Shown: positions 23,555 through 34,545 of the stretch, piece by piece
Layout: every line of letters begins with the position of its first letter
Position numbering within the stretch: position 1 is the first letter of the stretch
Source of the DNA: Burkholderiales bacterium
Lineage (GTDB): Bacteria; Pseudomonadota; Gammaproteobacteria; Burkholderiales; Burkholderiaceae_C
NCBI GenBank assembly: GCA_028868995.1
Contig: JAGWTH010000009.1
Coordinates: 19,811 to 83,810 of the forward strand
Length of the DNA: 64,000 nucleotides
Direction of reading: 5' to 3'
The notes under the pieces: generated by a model
The model's database searches: none
The model's input: only the letters and a program-made list of their open reading frames with translations
Told to the model about the DNA's origin: nothing
Program-made: the position numbers and the translations under genes

Positions 23555-25016
23555 CGGCGGCCTGTGGATGCTGCTGGCGCTGGCGGTGGCGATGATCACC
23601 ACCGGCCTGCCGGTCTGGACGCTGCTGGTGGGGGTGGCCGGCCTGTTTGCCGCCCTCGGCGTCGCCGCCGGCGCTTTCGACACCGGGGTGCTGCAGGCCC
23701 TGTACCCGCGCATCCAGAACCTGCTGGAAAACGACCTGCTGCAGGCGATGCCTCTGTACGTGTTCCTCGGCGTGCTGCTGCAAAGGCTGCCGGTGGCCGA
23801 TGCCCTGTTCCGCGCCATCGCGCGCCTGCTGCGCGGCACGGGCGCCGGGCCTTCGCTCGCCGCGCTGGGCGTGGGTGCGCTGCTCGCACCCATGAACGGT
23901 TCGGTGGCCTCGAGCTCCTCCCTGCTCTCGCGGCTGGTGGCGCCGCGCCTCGGGCCGGTGTCGCCGGCCCGAGGCGTCAGCCTGATCAGCGCCGCGGCCA
24001 CCATCGGCGTCGTGGTTCCCCCCTCGCTGGTGCTGCTGCTGCTGGGGGACGCGATGATGAACGCCCACACGGAGGCGAGCCACCTGGCGGCCCCGGGGGC
24101 TGCCGGCTATGCCCGCATCATCAATACGCAGGACGTGCTGAATTCCGCCCTGCTGCCGGCAGCCGCGGTGCTCGCGCTGTGGGTCGCGATCGCCTGGTGG
24201 CAGGGTCGGCGCGAAGCCGAAGGGCCGCCGCTGCCGCGCCTGGGCCTGCGGGACGCAGTGCTGGCGGCGGCCGCCGCGCTCGGCGTCATCACGCTGCTCA
24301 CCGGCGTCTTCCTGGGCCTGCTGCTGCCGGTGGAAGCCGCGGCCACCGGCGGCTGCGTGCTGGTCGTGCTGGCGCTCGTGGCCCGGGCCCTGGACCGGGC
24401 CGCCTGGCGCGCGGTGCTGGAGGACAGCCTCGCCTTGAGCGGCGCGCTGTTCGCACTGCTGGTGGGCGCCACCAGCTTCAGCCTGGTGTTCAGCGTGTTC
24501 GGCACGGGCACCTGGCTGGCGCAGGCGACCCTCGCCTCCCGGGCGCCCCCGGCCTGGATTGCCCTGCTGCTGCTGGCCGGGGTGGGGGCCTGCGCCTGGG
24601 TGCTGGACGCCTTCGAGATGATCTTCGTGATCATGCCGGTGGTGGCGCCGCTGCTGATCCTGCGCCTGGGCGACGCGCAGCAGGCCGCGGTGCTTCTGCT
24701 GCTGGTGCTGCAGCTGAGCTTCCTGCTGCCGCCGCTCGGCTACGCCGTCCTGATGGCGCGCTCGCTGTCCGGCCTGCCGCGGGTGGCCACGCGCACGCTG
24801 CTCGGCGCCATGGCGCCCTTCGCGGCGGCCCAGCTGCTGGTGGTCGGCGCCGTGTTCCTCTGGCCGGCGCTGGTGCACCGGCTCGATGCCCCGGCCCCCG
24901 CGCCCTCGGCCGCCCCGGCGGAATCGGAGCAGGACCTCATGGAGCGGATGCGGGAGATGGGGCCGCCGCCGGACGACGGCCCGCCGCTAGACGCGCCGGC
25001 GGCGCCCGCGCGCTGA
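23547..25016 (+). CDS. TRAP transporter large permease (DctM-like)
   Basis: LLQAMPLYVFLG, AAATIGVVVPPSLVLLLLGD, LDAFEMIFVIMP and SFLLPPLG motifs. Confidence 0.88.
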   Translation: MPSGGLWMLLALAVAMITTGLPVWTLLVGVAGLFAALGVAAGAFDTGVLQALYPRIQNLLENDLLQAMPLYVFLGVLLQRLPVADALFRAIARLLRGTGAGPSLAALGVGALLAPMNGSVASSSSLLSRLVAPRLGPVSPARGVSLISAAATIGVVVPPSLVLLLLGDAMMNAHTEASHLAAPGAAGYARIINTQDVLNSALLPAAAVLALWVAIAWWQGRREAEGPPLPRLGLRDAVLAAAAALGVITLLTGVFLGLLLPVEAAATGGCVLVVLALVARALDRAAWRAVLEDSLALSGALFALLVGATSFSLVFSVFGTGTWLAQATLASRAPPAWIALLLLAGVGACAWVLDAFEMIFVIMPVVAPLLILRLGDAQQAAVLLLLVLQLSFLLPPLGYAVLMARSLSGLPRVATRTLLGAMAPFAAAQLLVVGAVFLWPALVHRLDAPAPAPSAAPAESEQDLMERMREMGPPPDDGPPLDAPAAPAR

Positions 25017-25017
25017 C

Positions 25018-26442
<1,425 letters not shown>

Positions 26443-26463
26443 CTCTTCGTTGTCCTCGTCGCG

Positions 26464-28167
26464 TCAGACGCGCTTCCAGTCGAATTTCGCCTTCTTGCCC
26501 GTGCCGAACAGCTTCAGTGCGCCGTCCTCGCCCACGGCATTGGGGCGGATGAAGATCCAGTTCTGCCAGGCCGAAAGGCGGGCGAACACGCGGGTCTCCA
26601 TGGTCTCCTTGCCAGGGAAGCGCAGCGACGCTTCCATGCCGGTCAGCGCGTCGGGCGACAGCGACGCGCGCTCCTCCAGCATCAGCCGGATCTCGTCGTC
26701 CCAGTCGATGTCGTCGGGCGCCAGCGTGACCAGGCCTTCCGCCAGCGCCTGCGGCGCGCGCAACGGCGTGCCCTGGAGGCCTTGCAGGCGCGCGACGGCC
26801 TCGCCGTCCCCGGCGAAGCGGGTGGCCAGGCGCGTGAGCCCGTTCACCTCGGGATAGCGGCCGAAGTTGGCCGCGCCCAGGTGCAGCGCCGGGGCCGCGT
26901 CGGGCGCGTCCGGGAGGTCCAGCATGTAGATGCGGTCGCAGGCCAGCGCCAGCTCGTACAGCGTGCCGGCGAAGGCCGAGCCCTCGTCCGCCAGAGCGAT
27001 CAGCGAACGGCTGGTGACGTCCAGGCGCGCCAGGGTGCGGCGCAGCGCCCCCACGGTCTCGCGCACGAGCCAGTGGTCCTTCCGCTGCTCCAGCACGGCG
27101 TCGGCCTGCAGCACCAGGGCGGCGTCGCCGCGGGTCTTGAGCACCCAGGTGCCGATCTCCAGCTCGTTGGTGCGCAGGTTCAGGATCGCGTCGTCCAGTT
27201 CGCGGGCCAGCCGCAGCGGCCACCAGGCCGCGCCGGCGGCGACGATCGCCTCGGGCGTGGACTCGATCGCGGCCGCCGGGGCCCGGACGGTGAGCGTCGC
27301 GACGCGGGCGGCGCGGTCGACCGCCACGTCCACCAGCCCGTAGTGGTAGCCCTGGTCGTCGATCGTCGCCTCCAGCGGCGTGAGCGCGATGCCCTGCCGC
27401 GGCCCGCTGCGGCCGGATTGCGCCCGCAGCGCCGCGACCTCCCGGTCCACCAGCGCGCCGAAGGCCTGCGGCTTGGCATGGTCGTCGATCAGTTTCCAGT
27501 CTCGGGCGCGGTCGGCGCGCACGCCTTCGCTGGTGGTGCAGAAGATGTCGGCCAGGTCGCGCCGCACCTTGCGCTTGTCGGTCACGCGCGTGAGTCCGCC
27601 GGTGCCGGGCAGCACGCCCAGCAGGGGCACCTCGGGCAGGCTGACCGTGGACGATCGGTCGTCCACCATGACGATGCGGTCGCAGGCCAGCGCCAGCTCG
27701 TAGCCGCCGCCGGCGCAGGCGCCGGTGACGGCGGCGATGGACTTCAGGCCTTCGTGGCGCGAGGAGTCCTCCAGGCCGTTGCGCGTCTCATTGGTGAACT
27801 TGCAGAAGTTCACCTTCCAGGCGTGGGTGGACTGGCCCAGCATGTAGATGTTGGCGCCGGAACACCAGATGCGGTCCTTGCCGCTCTCGAACACCACGAC
27901 CTTCACCGCCGGATGCTCGAAGCGGATTCGGTTGAGCGCATCGTGCAGTTCGATGTCGACGCCCAGGTCGTAGGAGTTGAGCTTCAGCTTGTAGCCGGGC
28001 CGGATGCCGCCGTCCTCGTCGATGTCGAGCTTCAGGCGGGCGACGTCGCCATCCACGGCGAGCGTCCAGTGGCGGTAGCGGGACGGGTCGGTGGCGAAGC
28101 GCACCAGCTCGCGCTCCTCTCCCGCCAGCACCTGCTTGAACAGCAGGGGTTCGGTCATGGCGTTCAT
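26464..28167 (-). CDS. boxC: 2,3-epoxybenzoyl-CoA dihydrolase
   Basis: GYKLKLNSYDLGVDIELHDA, CSGANIYML, LPEVPLLGVLPGTGG and RLSAWQNWIFIRPNA motifs. Confidence 0.95.
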   Translation of the reverse strand: MNAMTEPLLFKQVLAGEERELVRFATDPSRYRHWTLAVDGDVARLKLDIDEDGGIRPGYKLKLNSYDLGVDIELHDALNRIRFEHPAVKVVVFESGKDRIWCSGANIYMLGQSTHAWKVNFCKFTNETRNGLEDSSRHEGLKSIAAVTGACAGGGYELALACDRIVMVDDRSSTVSLPEVPLLGVLPGTGGLTRVTDKRKVRRDLADIFCTTSEGVRADRARDWKLIDDHAKPQAFGALVDREVAALRAQSGRSGPRQGIALTPLEATIDDQGYHYGLVDVAVDRAARVATLTVRAPAAAIESTPEAIVAAGAAWWPLRLARELDDAILNLRTNELEIGTWVLKTRGDAALVLQADAVLEQRKDHWLVRETVGALRRTLARLDVTSRSLIALADEGSAFAGTLYELALACDRIYMLDLPDAPDAAPALHLGAANFGRYPEVNGLTRLATRFAGDGEAVARLQGLQGTPLRAPQALAEGLVTLAPDDIDWDDEIRLMLEERASLSPDALTGMEASLRFPGKETMETRVFARLSAWQNWIFIRPNAVGEDGALKLFGTGKKAKFDWKRV

Positions 28168-29084
28168 CGGTTCTCCAGGGCCAGGGCCAGCGGCGCGGGC
28201 ACGGCCCGCTCCAGGTCCTTGAGGGATTGCTTCACGGTGCGCGCCGCGGTGTCGACCACAGCGTCGGCGCGGGCGTACAGGGCCTCGCGGCTGGCGAGGA
28301 TGCGGCGGATGTCCTCCAGCGCCTCGTCCATGGCGCCGCGCGACATCTGAGCACCGTCGCCCGCGTGGAAGGGCCGCAGGTCGCCCTGCGCCACCACGCG
28401 GCTCATGTGCTCCTCCGGACTCGCCTTCACCCAGACGCAATAGAAATGGGTCTGCAGCAGCTCGAAGGTTTCGCGCTCGCTCACGATGCTGCCGCCGGTG
28501 GTCATGACCACGCCCTCGGCGTGTTCCTGGGCGATGCGCAGCAGGGCGCGCCGCTCGTAGCGGCGGTAGCCGGCCTGCCCGTGCAGCAGCAGGATCTCGT
28601 TCATGCTCGTGCCGGCCTCGCGCTCGATCTCGCGGTCCAGCTCCACGAAGGGCACGCCGCGCCGCTCGGCCAGCTGCTCGCCCAGCGTCGTCTTGCCGGC
28701 GCCGCGCAGGCCGACCAGGGCGATGCGCTGCTCGCGGCCCTGCGCGTCGGCCAGCCCGAAGGTGGCGCCCAGCAGCGAATGGGCCTGGTCCAGCTGCGCG
28801 TCGTCCAGCCGGGCGAGCAGGCCCAGCAGGCGGGCGAGCGCCGGGCGCGGCGCATCCTGCAGCAGGTCCAGCAAGGTGATGTTCAGGGCGCGGGCGGCGG
28901 CCTCGAGCGAGTTGATCGACACGTTGCCCTTGCCGCCCTCCACGTCCGCGAGGAAGCGTTCGGACAGGCCCGAGTCGGCGGCCAGCTGCCTGCGCGTCAT
29001 GCCCCGGCGGGCGCGCCAGGCCCGCACGCGGGCACCGAGCTCGGGCAGCGTGGCGCGGGTGTCGGATTCGGTCATGGGTTGCAT
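28164..29084 (-). CDS. boxR: BoxR/BzdR-type regulator (XRE HTH plus shikimate-kinase-like domain)
   Basis: N-terminal HTH (GMTRRQLAADSGLSERFLADVEGGKGNVS) and IALVGLRGAGKTTLG P-loop. Confidence 0.92.
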   Translation of the reverse strand: MQPMTESDTRATLPELGARVRAWRARRGMTRRQLAADSGLSERFLADVEGGKGNVSINSLEAAARALNITLLDLLQDAPRPALARLLGLLARLDDAQLDQAHSLLGATFGLADAQGREQRIALVGLRGAGKTTLGEQLAERRGVPFVELDREIEREAGTSMNEILLLHGQAGYRRYERRALLRIAQEHAEGVVMTTGGSIVSERETFELLQTHFYCVWVKASPEEHMSRVVAQGDLRPFHAGDGAQMSRGAMDEALEDIRRILASREALYARADAVVDTAARTVKQSLKDLERAVPAPLALALENR

Positions 29085-29126
29085 GAATCAGCGTTTTTGT
29101 TGGTGAGTCTTGCGCTGGATCAACAT

Positions 29127-29170
29127 TGCACTATACTTCCTGACAATCGACTGTCAAGCAGTTTACTGCA
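29127..29170. promoter_or_regulatory. 44-bp imperfect palindrome forming back-to-back promoters / probable BoxR operator
   Basis: TGCACTATACTTCCTGACA-ATCGAC-TGTCAAGCAGTTTACTGCA, arms match 15/19; minus strand gives TTGACA-N16-TATAGT. Confidence 0.65.
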
Positions 29171-29185
29171 TGTGATCGGAACCGC

Positions 29186-29662
29186 ATGAAGCTCAAGATC
29201 CTCGTCGGCACCATGACCTCCACGGCCGACTACGTCGCGCAGGCGATCCAGATGGACTGCGCCGACCTCGTGGACGAGATCGAGGTGGTGCTGATGGACG
29301 GCCGCGACATCTCCGTCTTCGACGAGGATGCGCTTTACCTGGTCTGCACCTCCACCTACGGCTCGGGCGACGTGCCGGACAACGCCCGCGCGCTGTACGA
29401 CTCGCTGGACGCGACGCCGAAGTTCCTGGGCCACGTGCGCTACGGCGTGATCGCCCTGGGCGACCGCACCTACACCCAGACCTTCTGCTTCGGCGGCAAG
29501 CGCTTCGACGAACGCCTGCAGGGCCTGGGCGCCCAGCGCATCGGCGAGGTCTGGTGCCACGACGCCAGCGCCGGCACGATGCCCGAGGAACTGGGCACGG
29601 CCTGGTGCCGGGAATGGCTGCAGGGGCAGGCCATCCCGGCGCTGCAGAAGGCCGCCGCGTAA
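29186..29662 (+). CDS. Flavodoxin (MioC/YqcA-like)
   Basis: GTMTSTADYVA FMN loop, CTSTYGSGDVPDNA and ALGDRTYTQTFCFGG motifs. Confidence 0.9.
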   Translation: MKLKILVGTMTSTADYVAQAIQMDCADLVDEIEVVLMDGRDISVFDEDALYLVCTSTYGSGDVPDNARALYDSLDATPKFLGHVRYGVIALGDRTYTQTFCFGGKRFDERLQGLGAQRIGEVWCHDASAGTMPEELGTAWCREWLQGQAIPALQKAAA

Positions 29663-29734
29663 GCACATCCGCAGCGGGCCGGCGACGGGCCCGCGTGCGA
29701 AAGACAAGGACAAAGGGGCACGAGGAGACAAGGG

Positions 29735-31306
29735 ATGCACCTGAGCCACGCCGATCACAGCACCAGCCCGCCGCGCGTCGAGATCCCGCGCGACTACAAC
29801 GCGGCCCATGACCTCCTGCGCCGCAATGCCGCGCGGCCCGGCAAGGTCGCCTACATCGACGCGGCCAGCGGCGCGAAGCTCACCTACGCGCAGCTGGAGG
29901 AGCAGTCGCACCGCTTCGCCGATGCGCTGCGCGAGAGGGGCTTCGCGCCCGAGACCCGCGTGATGGTGGCCATGCTCGACACGCTCGAATGGCCCGTGGT
30001 GTTCCTGGGCTGCATCCTCGCCGGCGTGGTGCCGATCGCGGCCAACACGCTGCTCACCACGAAGGACTTCGACTTCATGCTGCGCGACTCGCGCGCACGG
30101 GCGCTGTTCGTGTCGAAGCCCCTGCTGCCCACCTTCGAGTCGCTGGTCGGGCAGGTAGGCACGCTGAAGGACGTGTTCGTGGCCGGGGACGAGGGAGAAC
30201 GCTCGGTCGCCCACCTCGTCGCCTCCGGCCGGCCCACCGGCGAGGTCGCCAGCACCTGCAGCGACGACGCTTGCTTCTGGCTCTATTCCAGCGGCTCCAC
30301 CGGCACGCCCAAGGGCACGGTGCACCTGCACAGCCACCTGGTCCAGACCGCGGAACTCTATGGCCGCGCGATCCTGGGCATCCGCGAGGACGATGTCGTC
30401 TATTCCGCGGCCAAGCTGTTCTTCGCCTACGGGCTGGGCAACGCCCTCACCTTCCCGCTGAGCGTGGGCGCCACCACGGTGCTGCTGCCCTCGCGGCCCA
30501 CGCCGGCCGACGTGTTCCGCATCCTCAGGGAGCACCGGCCCTCGATCTTCTACGGCGTGCCGACGCTCTACGCCGCGCTGCTGGCCGACGCGAACCGGCC
30601 GAGGAAGGACGAGATCGCCCTGCGCGTGTGCGCCAGCGCGGGCGAGGCGCTGCCGGCGGAGATCGGCGAGCGCTGGACGCGCGAATACGGCTGCGAGATC
30701 CTGGACGGCATCGGTTCCACCGAGATGCTGCACATCTTCCTGTCCAACCGCCCCGGCCGGGTGCGCTACGGCACCACCGGCCAGGCGGTGCCCGGCTACG
30801 AGCTGCGCATCGTCGGCGACGACGGCCACGAATGCGGGCCGGGCGAGATCGGCGAGCTGCAGATCAGCGGGCCCAGCGCGGCGCTCATGTACTGGAACAA
30901 CCGCGCGAAGACCAAGTCCACGTTCGCCGGCGAGTGGACGCGCAGCGGCGACAAGTACACGCGCGACGCCGACGGCTACTTCACCTACGGCGGGCGCAGC
31001 GACGACATGCTCAAGGTGGGCGGCATCTACGTCTCGCCCTTCGAGGTGGAGGCCTGCCTGATGACGCACGACGCGGTGCTCGAGGCGGCGGTGATCGGCG
31101 TGGCCGACCAGGACGGCCTGGTCAAGCCCAAGGCCTACGTGGTGCTGAAGGCCGGCGCCCACGCGAGCGCGGAGCAGCTGCAGGCCCACGTGAAGGCGAA
31201 GCTCGCGCCCTACAAGTACCCGCGCTGGATCGCCTTCGTGCCCGAGCTGCCGAAGACGGCCACCGGCAAGATCCAGCGCTTCAAGCTGCGCGCCGCCGCG
31301 GCCTGA
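29735..31306 (+). CDS. Benzoate-CoA ligase
   Basis: LYSSGSTGTPKG, SAAKLFFAYGLGN, DGIGSTEMLHIF, RSGDKY and LPKTATGKIQRF motifs; box context. Confidence 0.93.
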   Translation: MHLSHADHSTSPPRVEIPRDYNAAHDLLRRNAARPGKVAYIDAASGAKLTYAQLEEQSHRFADALRERGFAPETRVMVAMLDTLEWPVVFLGCILAGVVPIAANTLLTTKDFDFMLRDSRARALFVSKPLLPTFESLVGQVGTLKDVFVAGDEGERSVAHLVASGRPTGEVASTCSDDACFWLYSSGSTGTPKGTVHLHSHLVQTAELYGRAILGIREDDVVYSAAKLFFAYGLGNALTFPLSVGATTVLLPSRPTPADVFRILREHRPSIFYGVPTLYAALLADANRPRKDEIALRVCASAGEALPAEIGERWTREYGCEILDGIGSTEMLHIFLSNRPGRVRYGTTGQAVPGYELRIVGDDGHECGPGEIGELQISGPSAALMYWNNRAKTKSTFAGEWTRSGDKYTRDADGYFTYGGRSDDMLKVGGIYVSPFEVEACLMTHDAVLEAAVIGVADQDGLVKPKAYVVLKAGAHASAEQLQAHVKAKLAPYKYPRWIAFVPELPKTATGKIQRFKLRAAAA

Positions 31307-31383
31307 GGGAAAGCCATGTGGCGCGCGGCGGCCGCGCACAACCACAATCGGCTTCGAGGAACCACAGAGAAGGAGAACCATTC

Positions 31384-32571
31384 ATGACGACCCGCCGCCT
31401 TGTCCTGTCCCGCGGAGCCGCCCTCGTGGGGGCCGCCTCCACCGGCCTGCTGCTGCCCGAGATCGCGCGCGCGCAGTCCGGCAAGATCCGCGTGGGACTG
31501 ATGCTGCCCTACACCGGCACCTTCGCGCAGCTGGGCGTCGCCATCGAGAACGGCGTGCGCATGGCGATCAACGAGAAGGGCGGCAAGCTGGGCGGCCGCG
31601 AGATCGAGTGGTTCAAGGTCGACGACGAGTCCGAACCGTCCAAGGGCGTGGAGAACGCCAGCAAGCTCGTCCAGCGCGACAAGGTCGACGTGCTGATCGG
31701 CACCGTGCACTCCGGCGTGCAGATGGGCATCCAGAAGGTGGCGCGCGAAAGCGGCGTGCTGAACCTGATCCCCAACGCCGGCATCCACGCGGCCACCCGC
31801 GCGCTGTGCGCGCCCAACGTGTTCCGCACCTCCTTCACCAACAGCCAGCCGACGCTGGCGCTGGGCAAGCCCATGATGGACCGCGGCCTGAAGAAGGCCG
31901 TGTGGATCACCTGGAAGTACGCCGCCGGCAACGAGGCCTTCGAGGGCTTCAAGGAAAGCTACACCAAGGCGGGCGGCACCATCGTCAAGGAGCTGGGCCT
32001 GCCCTTCCCCAACGTGGAGTTCCAGGCTCTGCTGACCGAGATCGCCGCGCTCAAGCCGGATGCCGTGGCCTGCTTCTTCGCCGGCGGCGGCGCCGCCAAG
32101 TTCATCCGGGACTACGCCGCCGCGGGCCTGAAGGACAAGATCCCGCTGTGGGGCTCGGGCTTCCTGACCGAGGGCGTGCTGCAGGCCGCCGGCCCGGCCG
32201 CCGAGGGCATCATGACCACGATGCACTACAGCGACTCGCTGGACACGCCGCGCAACCGCGAGTTCCGCACCGCCTACGCGACGACCTTCAAGCTGCAGCC
32301 GGACGTGTACGCCGTGCAGGGCTACGACACCGGCCTGCTGCTGGCGCTGGGGATGGCCGCGGTCAAGGGCGACATCGGCAACAAGGCGGCCCTGTACAGG
32401 GCGCTGGAGACGCAGACCATCGACAGCCCGCGCGGCAAGTGGACCATGAGCAAGGCCCACAATCCGATCCAGGACATCTACCTGCGCCGCGTCGAGCACG
32501 GCGAGAACAAGGTGATCGGCATCGCGGCCAAGGCGCTGTCCGATTCGGGCGCGGGCTGCCGGATGGCCTGA
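31384..32571 (+). CDS. ABC substrate-binding protein (branched-chain/aromatic acid type), Tat-like signal
   Basis: MTTRRLVL...ARAQ leader; IRVGLMLPYTG, VDDES and GTVHSGV motifs. Confidence 0.9.
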   Translation: MTTRRLVLSRGAALVGAASTGLLLPEIARAQSGKIRVGLMLPYTGTFAQLGVAIENGVRMAINEKGGKLGGREIEWFKVDDESEPSKGVENASKLVQRDKVDVLIGTVHSGVQMGIQKVARESGVLNLIPNAGIHAATRALCAPNVFRTSFTNSQPTLALGKPMMDRGLKKAVWITWKYAAGNEAFEGFKESYTKAGGTIVKELGLPFPNVEFQALLTEIAALKPDAVACFFAGGGAAKFIRDYAAAGLKDKIPLWGSGFLTEGVLQAAGPAAEGIMTTMHYSDSLDTPRNREFRTAYATTFKLQPDVYAVQGYDTGLLLALGMAAVKGDIGNKAALYRALETQTIDSPRGKWTMSKAHNPIQDIYLRRVEHGENKVIGIAAKALSDSGAGCRMA

Positions 32572-32581
32572 CGCGGCCCGC

Positions 32582-32604
32582 CGTCCCGGGCCGGTCCCGG
32601 GACG
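32582..32604 (+). repeat. Intercistronic hairpin after the SBP gene
   Basis: CGTCCCGGG-CCGGT-CCCGGGACG. Confidence 0.55.
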
Positions 32605-32686
32605 TCCTCCCCCTGCTGCGCCGGCGCGGGGCCAGCCCACCCGGGCAGACCGCCCGCTTGCCCGGTCACGCGCGCACCCTCTCCGC

Positions 32687-33550
32687 ATGGATCTCGCCAA
32701 TTTCCTCATCCAGCTCCTGAACAGCGTGCAGTACGGACTGCTGCTGTTCATGCTCGCCGCCGGCCTCACCCTGATCTTCGGGATCATGGGCGTGGTGAAC
32801 CTGGCGCACGGCAGCTTCTACATGCTGGGCGCCTATCTCGCGTGGTCGCTGGCCGCGAAGACCGGCAGCCTGGCGCTGGCCATCGTGCTGGGCACGGCGC
32901 TGTCCGTGGCCTTCGGCCTGGTGCTGGAGCGCATCCTGTTCCGCCACTTCTACCACCGCGACCACCTGGACCAGGTGCTGCTGACCTTCGGCCTGATCTA
33001 CATCTTCGAGGAGCTGCGCTCCATCCTCTGGGGCGACGACGTGCACGGCGTGCCGGTGCCGCAGGCCCTGTCGGCCTCCATTCCCCTGACCGACACGCTG
33101 TCCTATCCGGTCTACCGCCTGTTCATGTCCGGGGTGTGCATCCTGCTGGCCGCCGGCCTGTACCTGCTGATCTCGAAGACGCGCCTGGGAATGAAGATCC
33201 GCGCCGGCGCCTCCAACCACCAGATGACCGAGGCCCTGGGCATCAACGTCAGGCGCATCCACGCCGTGGTGTTCTCGCTGGGCGTGGGCCTGGCCGGCAT
33301 CGCCGGCATGATCGCCGCGCCGGTGTCCAGCGTGTACCCCAACATGGGCTCGCAGGTGCTGATCATGTGCTTCGTGGTGGTGGTGATCGGCGGCATCGGC
33401 TCGGTCCGCGGCGCGCTGATCTCCGCGCTGCTGGTGGGCCTGGTCGACACCTTCGGCAAGGTGCTGCTGCCGCAGGTGGCCGGCATGCTGGTGTACATGC
33501 TCATGGCGGCCGTGCTGCTGTGGAAGCCGGAAGGGTTGTTCAGGCAATGA
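32687..33550 (+). CDS. ABC permease (LivH-like)
   Basis: AGLTLIFGIMGVVNLAHGSFYMLG and KTRLGMKIRA motifs. Confidence 0.92.
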   Translation: MDLANFLIQLLNSVQYGLLLFMLAAGLTLIFGIMGVVNLAHGSFYMLGAYLAWSLAAKTGSLALAIVLGTALSVAFGLVLERILFRHFYHRDHLDQVLLTFGLIYIFEELRSILWGDDVHGVPVPQALSASIPLTDTLSYPVYRLFMSGVCILLAAGLYLLISKTRLGMKIRAGASNHQMTEALGINVRRIHAVVFSLGVGLAGIAGMIAAPVSSVYPNMGSQVLIMCFVVVVIGGIGSVRGALISALLVGLVDTFGKVLLPQVAGMLVYMLMAAVLLWKPEGLFRQ

Positions 33551-34545
33551 GCGCGGTCCAGGCGAATCTCGAGACGCTGCCGCGCGGGCTGCGGGTGGCG
33601 CTGGCCGCCGGCTTCGTGGCGCTGGCGGCCTTCCCCTTCGTGGGGACGGACTTCACCACGCAGATGGTCGCTCGCATGATGATCCTGGCGATCTTCGCGA
33701 TGAGCCTGGACCTGCTGCAGGGCGTGACCGGCCTGGTGTCGCTGGGCCACGCGGCCTACTTCGGGCTCGCGGGCTATGCGCTCGCCTTCCTCTCGCCGCA
33801 GGACTCGGCCCCGAATCTCTGGTGGACGCTTCCCGTGGCCGCGGCCGCCGCCGGCCTGGCCGCGCTGGTGATCGGCTTCTTCGTGGTGCGCACCCACGGC
33901 ATCTACTTCATCATGGTCACCATGGCCTTCGCCCAGATGGTGTTCTACCTGTTCTTCGACAACAAGGTCCTGGGCGGCTCGGACGGCATCTACATCAACT
34001 TCAAGCCCGCGGCCGGCCTGTTCGACCTGGAGGACAAGCGCGTCTTCTACTGGTTCACGCTGGCGGTGCTGGTGCTGGTCTACCTGTTCCTGCGCCGCCT
34101 GCTGTTCAGCCCCTTCGGCCGGGCGCTGGCCGGCATCCGCGTCAACGAGCACCGCATGCGCGCCATGGGCTTCGGCACCTTCGGCTACAAGCTCACGGCC
34201 TTCACGCTGTCCGGTGCGCTGGCGGGCCTCGCGGGCTACCTGTGGGGCGCACAGACCGGCTTCGTCAACCCGGAGCTCATGGGCTTCCAGATGAGCGCGC
34301 ACGCGATCATGATGGTGATCCTGGGCGGCATGGGCAATATCGCCGGCGCCATCCTCGGCACCTTCGCCTTCGAGTACCTGCTGAGCGTGTTCAAGGACCT
34401 CCCGGCGATCGGCGCATTCGACGCCGGCAAGCACTGGCAGCTGTGGATGGGCCTGTTCATCGTGGGCGTGGTGGTCTTCGCACCTCGCGGGCTGCTCGGC
34501 CTGCTGGAGCGCGCCCTGCGCCGCCAGGAGAGGCAGGATGACTGA
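33547..34545 (+). CDS. ABC permease (LivM-like)
   Basis: GLVSLGHAAYFGLAGY, GIYFIMVTMAFAQ and SPFGRALAGIRVNE motifs. Confidence 0.92.
   Translation: MSAVQANLETLPRGLRVALAAGFVALAAFPFVGTDFTTQMVARMMILAIFAMSLDLLQGVTGLVSLGHAAYFGLAGYALAFLSPQDSAPNLWWTLPVAAAAAGLAALVIGFFVVRTHGIYFIMVTMAFAQMVFYLFFDNKVLGGSDGIYINFKPAAGLFDLEDKRVFYWFTLAVLVLVYLFLRRLLFSPFGRALAGIRVNEHRMRAMGFGTFGYKLTAFTLSGALAGLAGYLWGAQTGFVNPELMGFQMSAHAIMMVILGGMGNIAGAILGTFAFEYLLSVFKDLPAIGAFDAGKHWQLWMGLFIVGVVVFAPRGLLGLLERALRRQERQDD

Noticed and set aside
29700-29734. GACAAGG repeats and GGA motifs in the ligase leader (Hfq/Crc or RsmA site?)
   Set aside because: Short purine-rich motifs around an RBS are common; there is not enough support.
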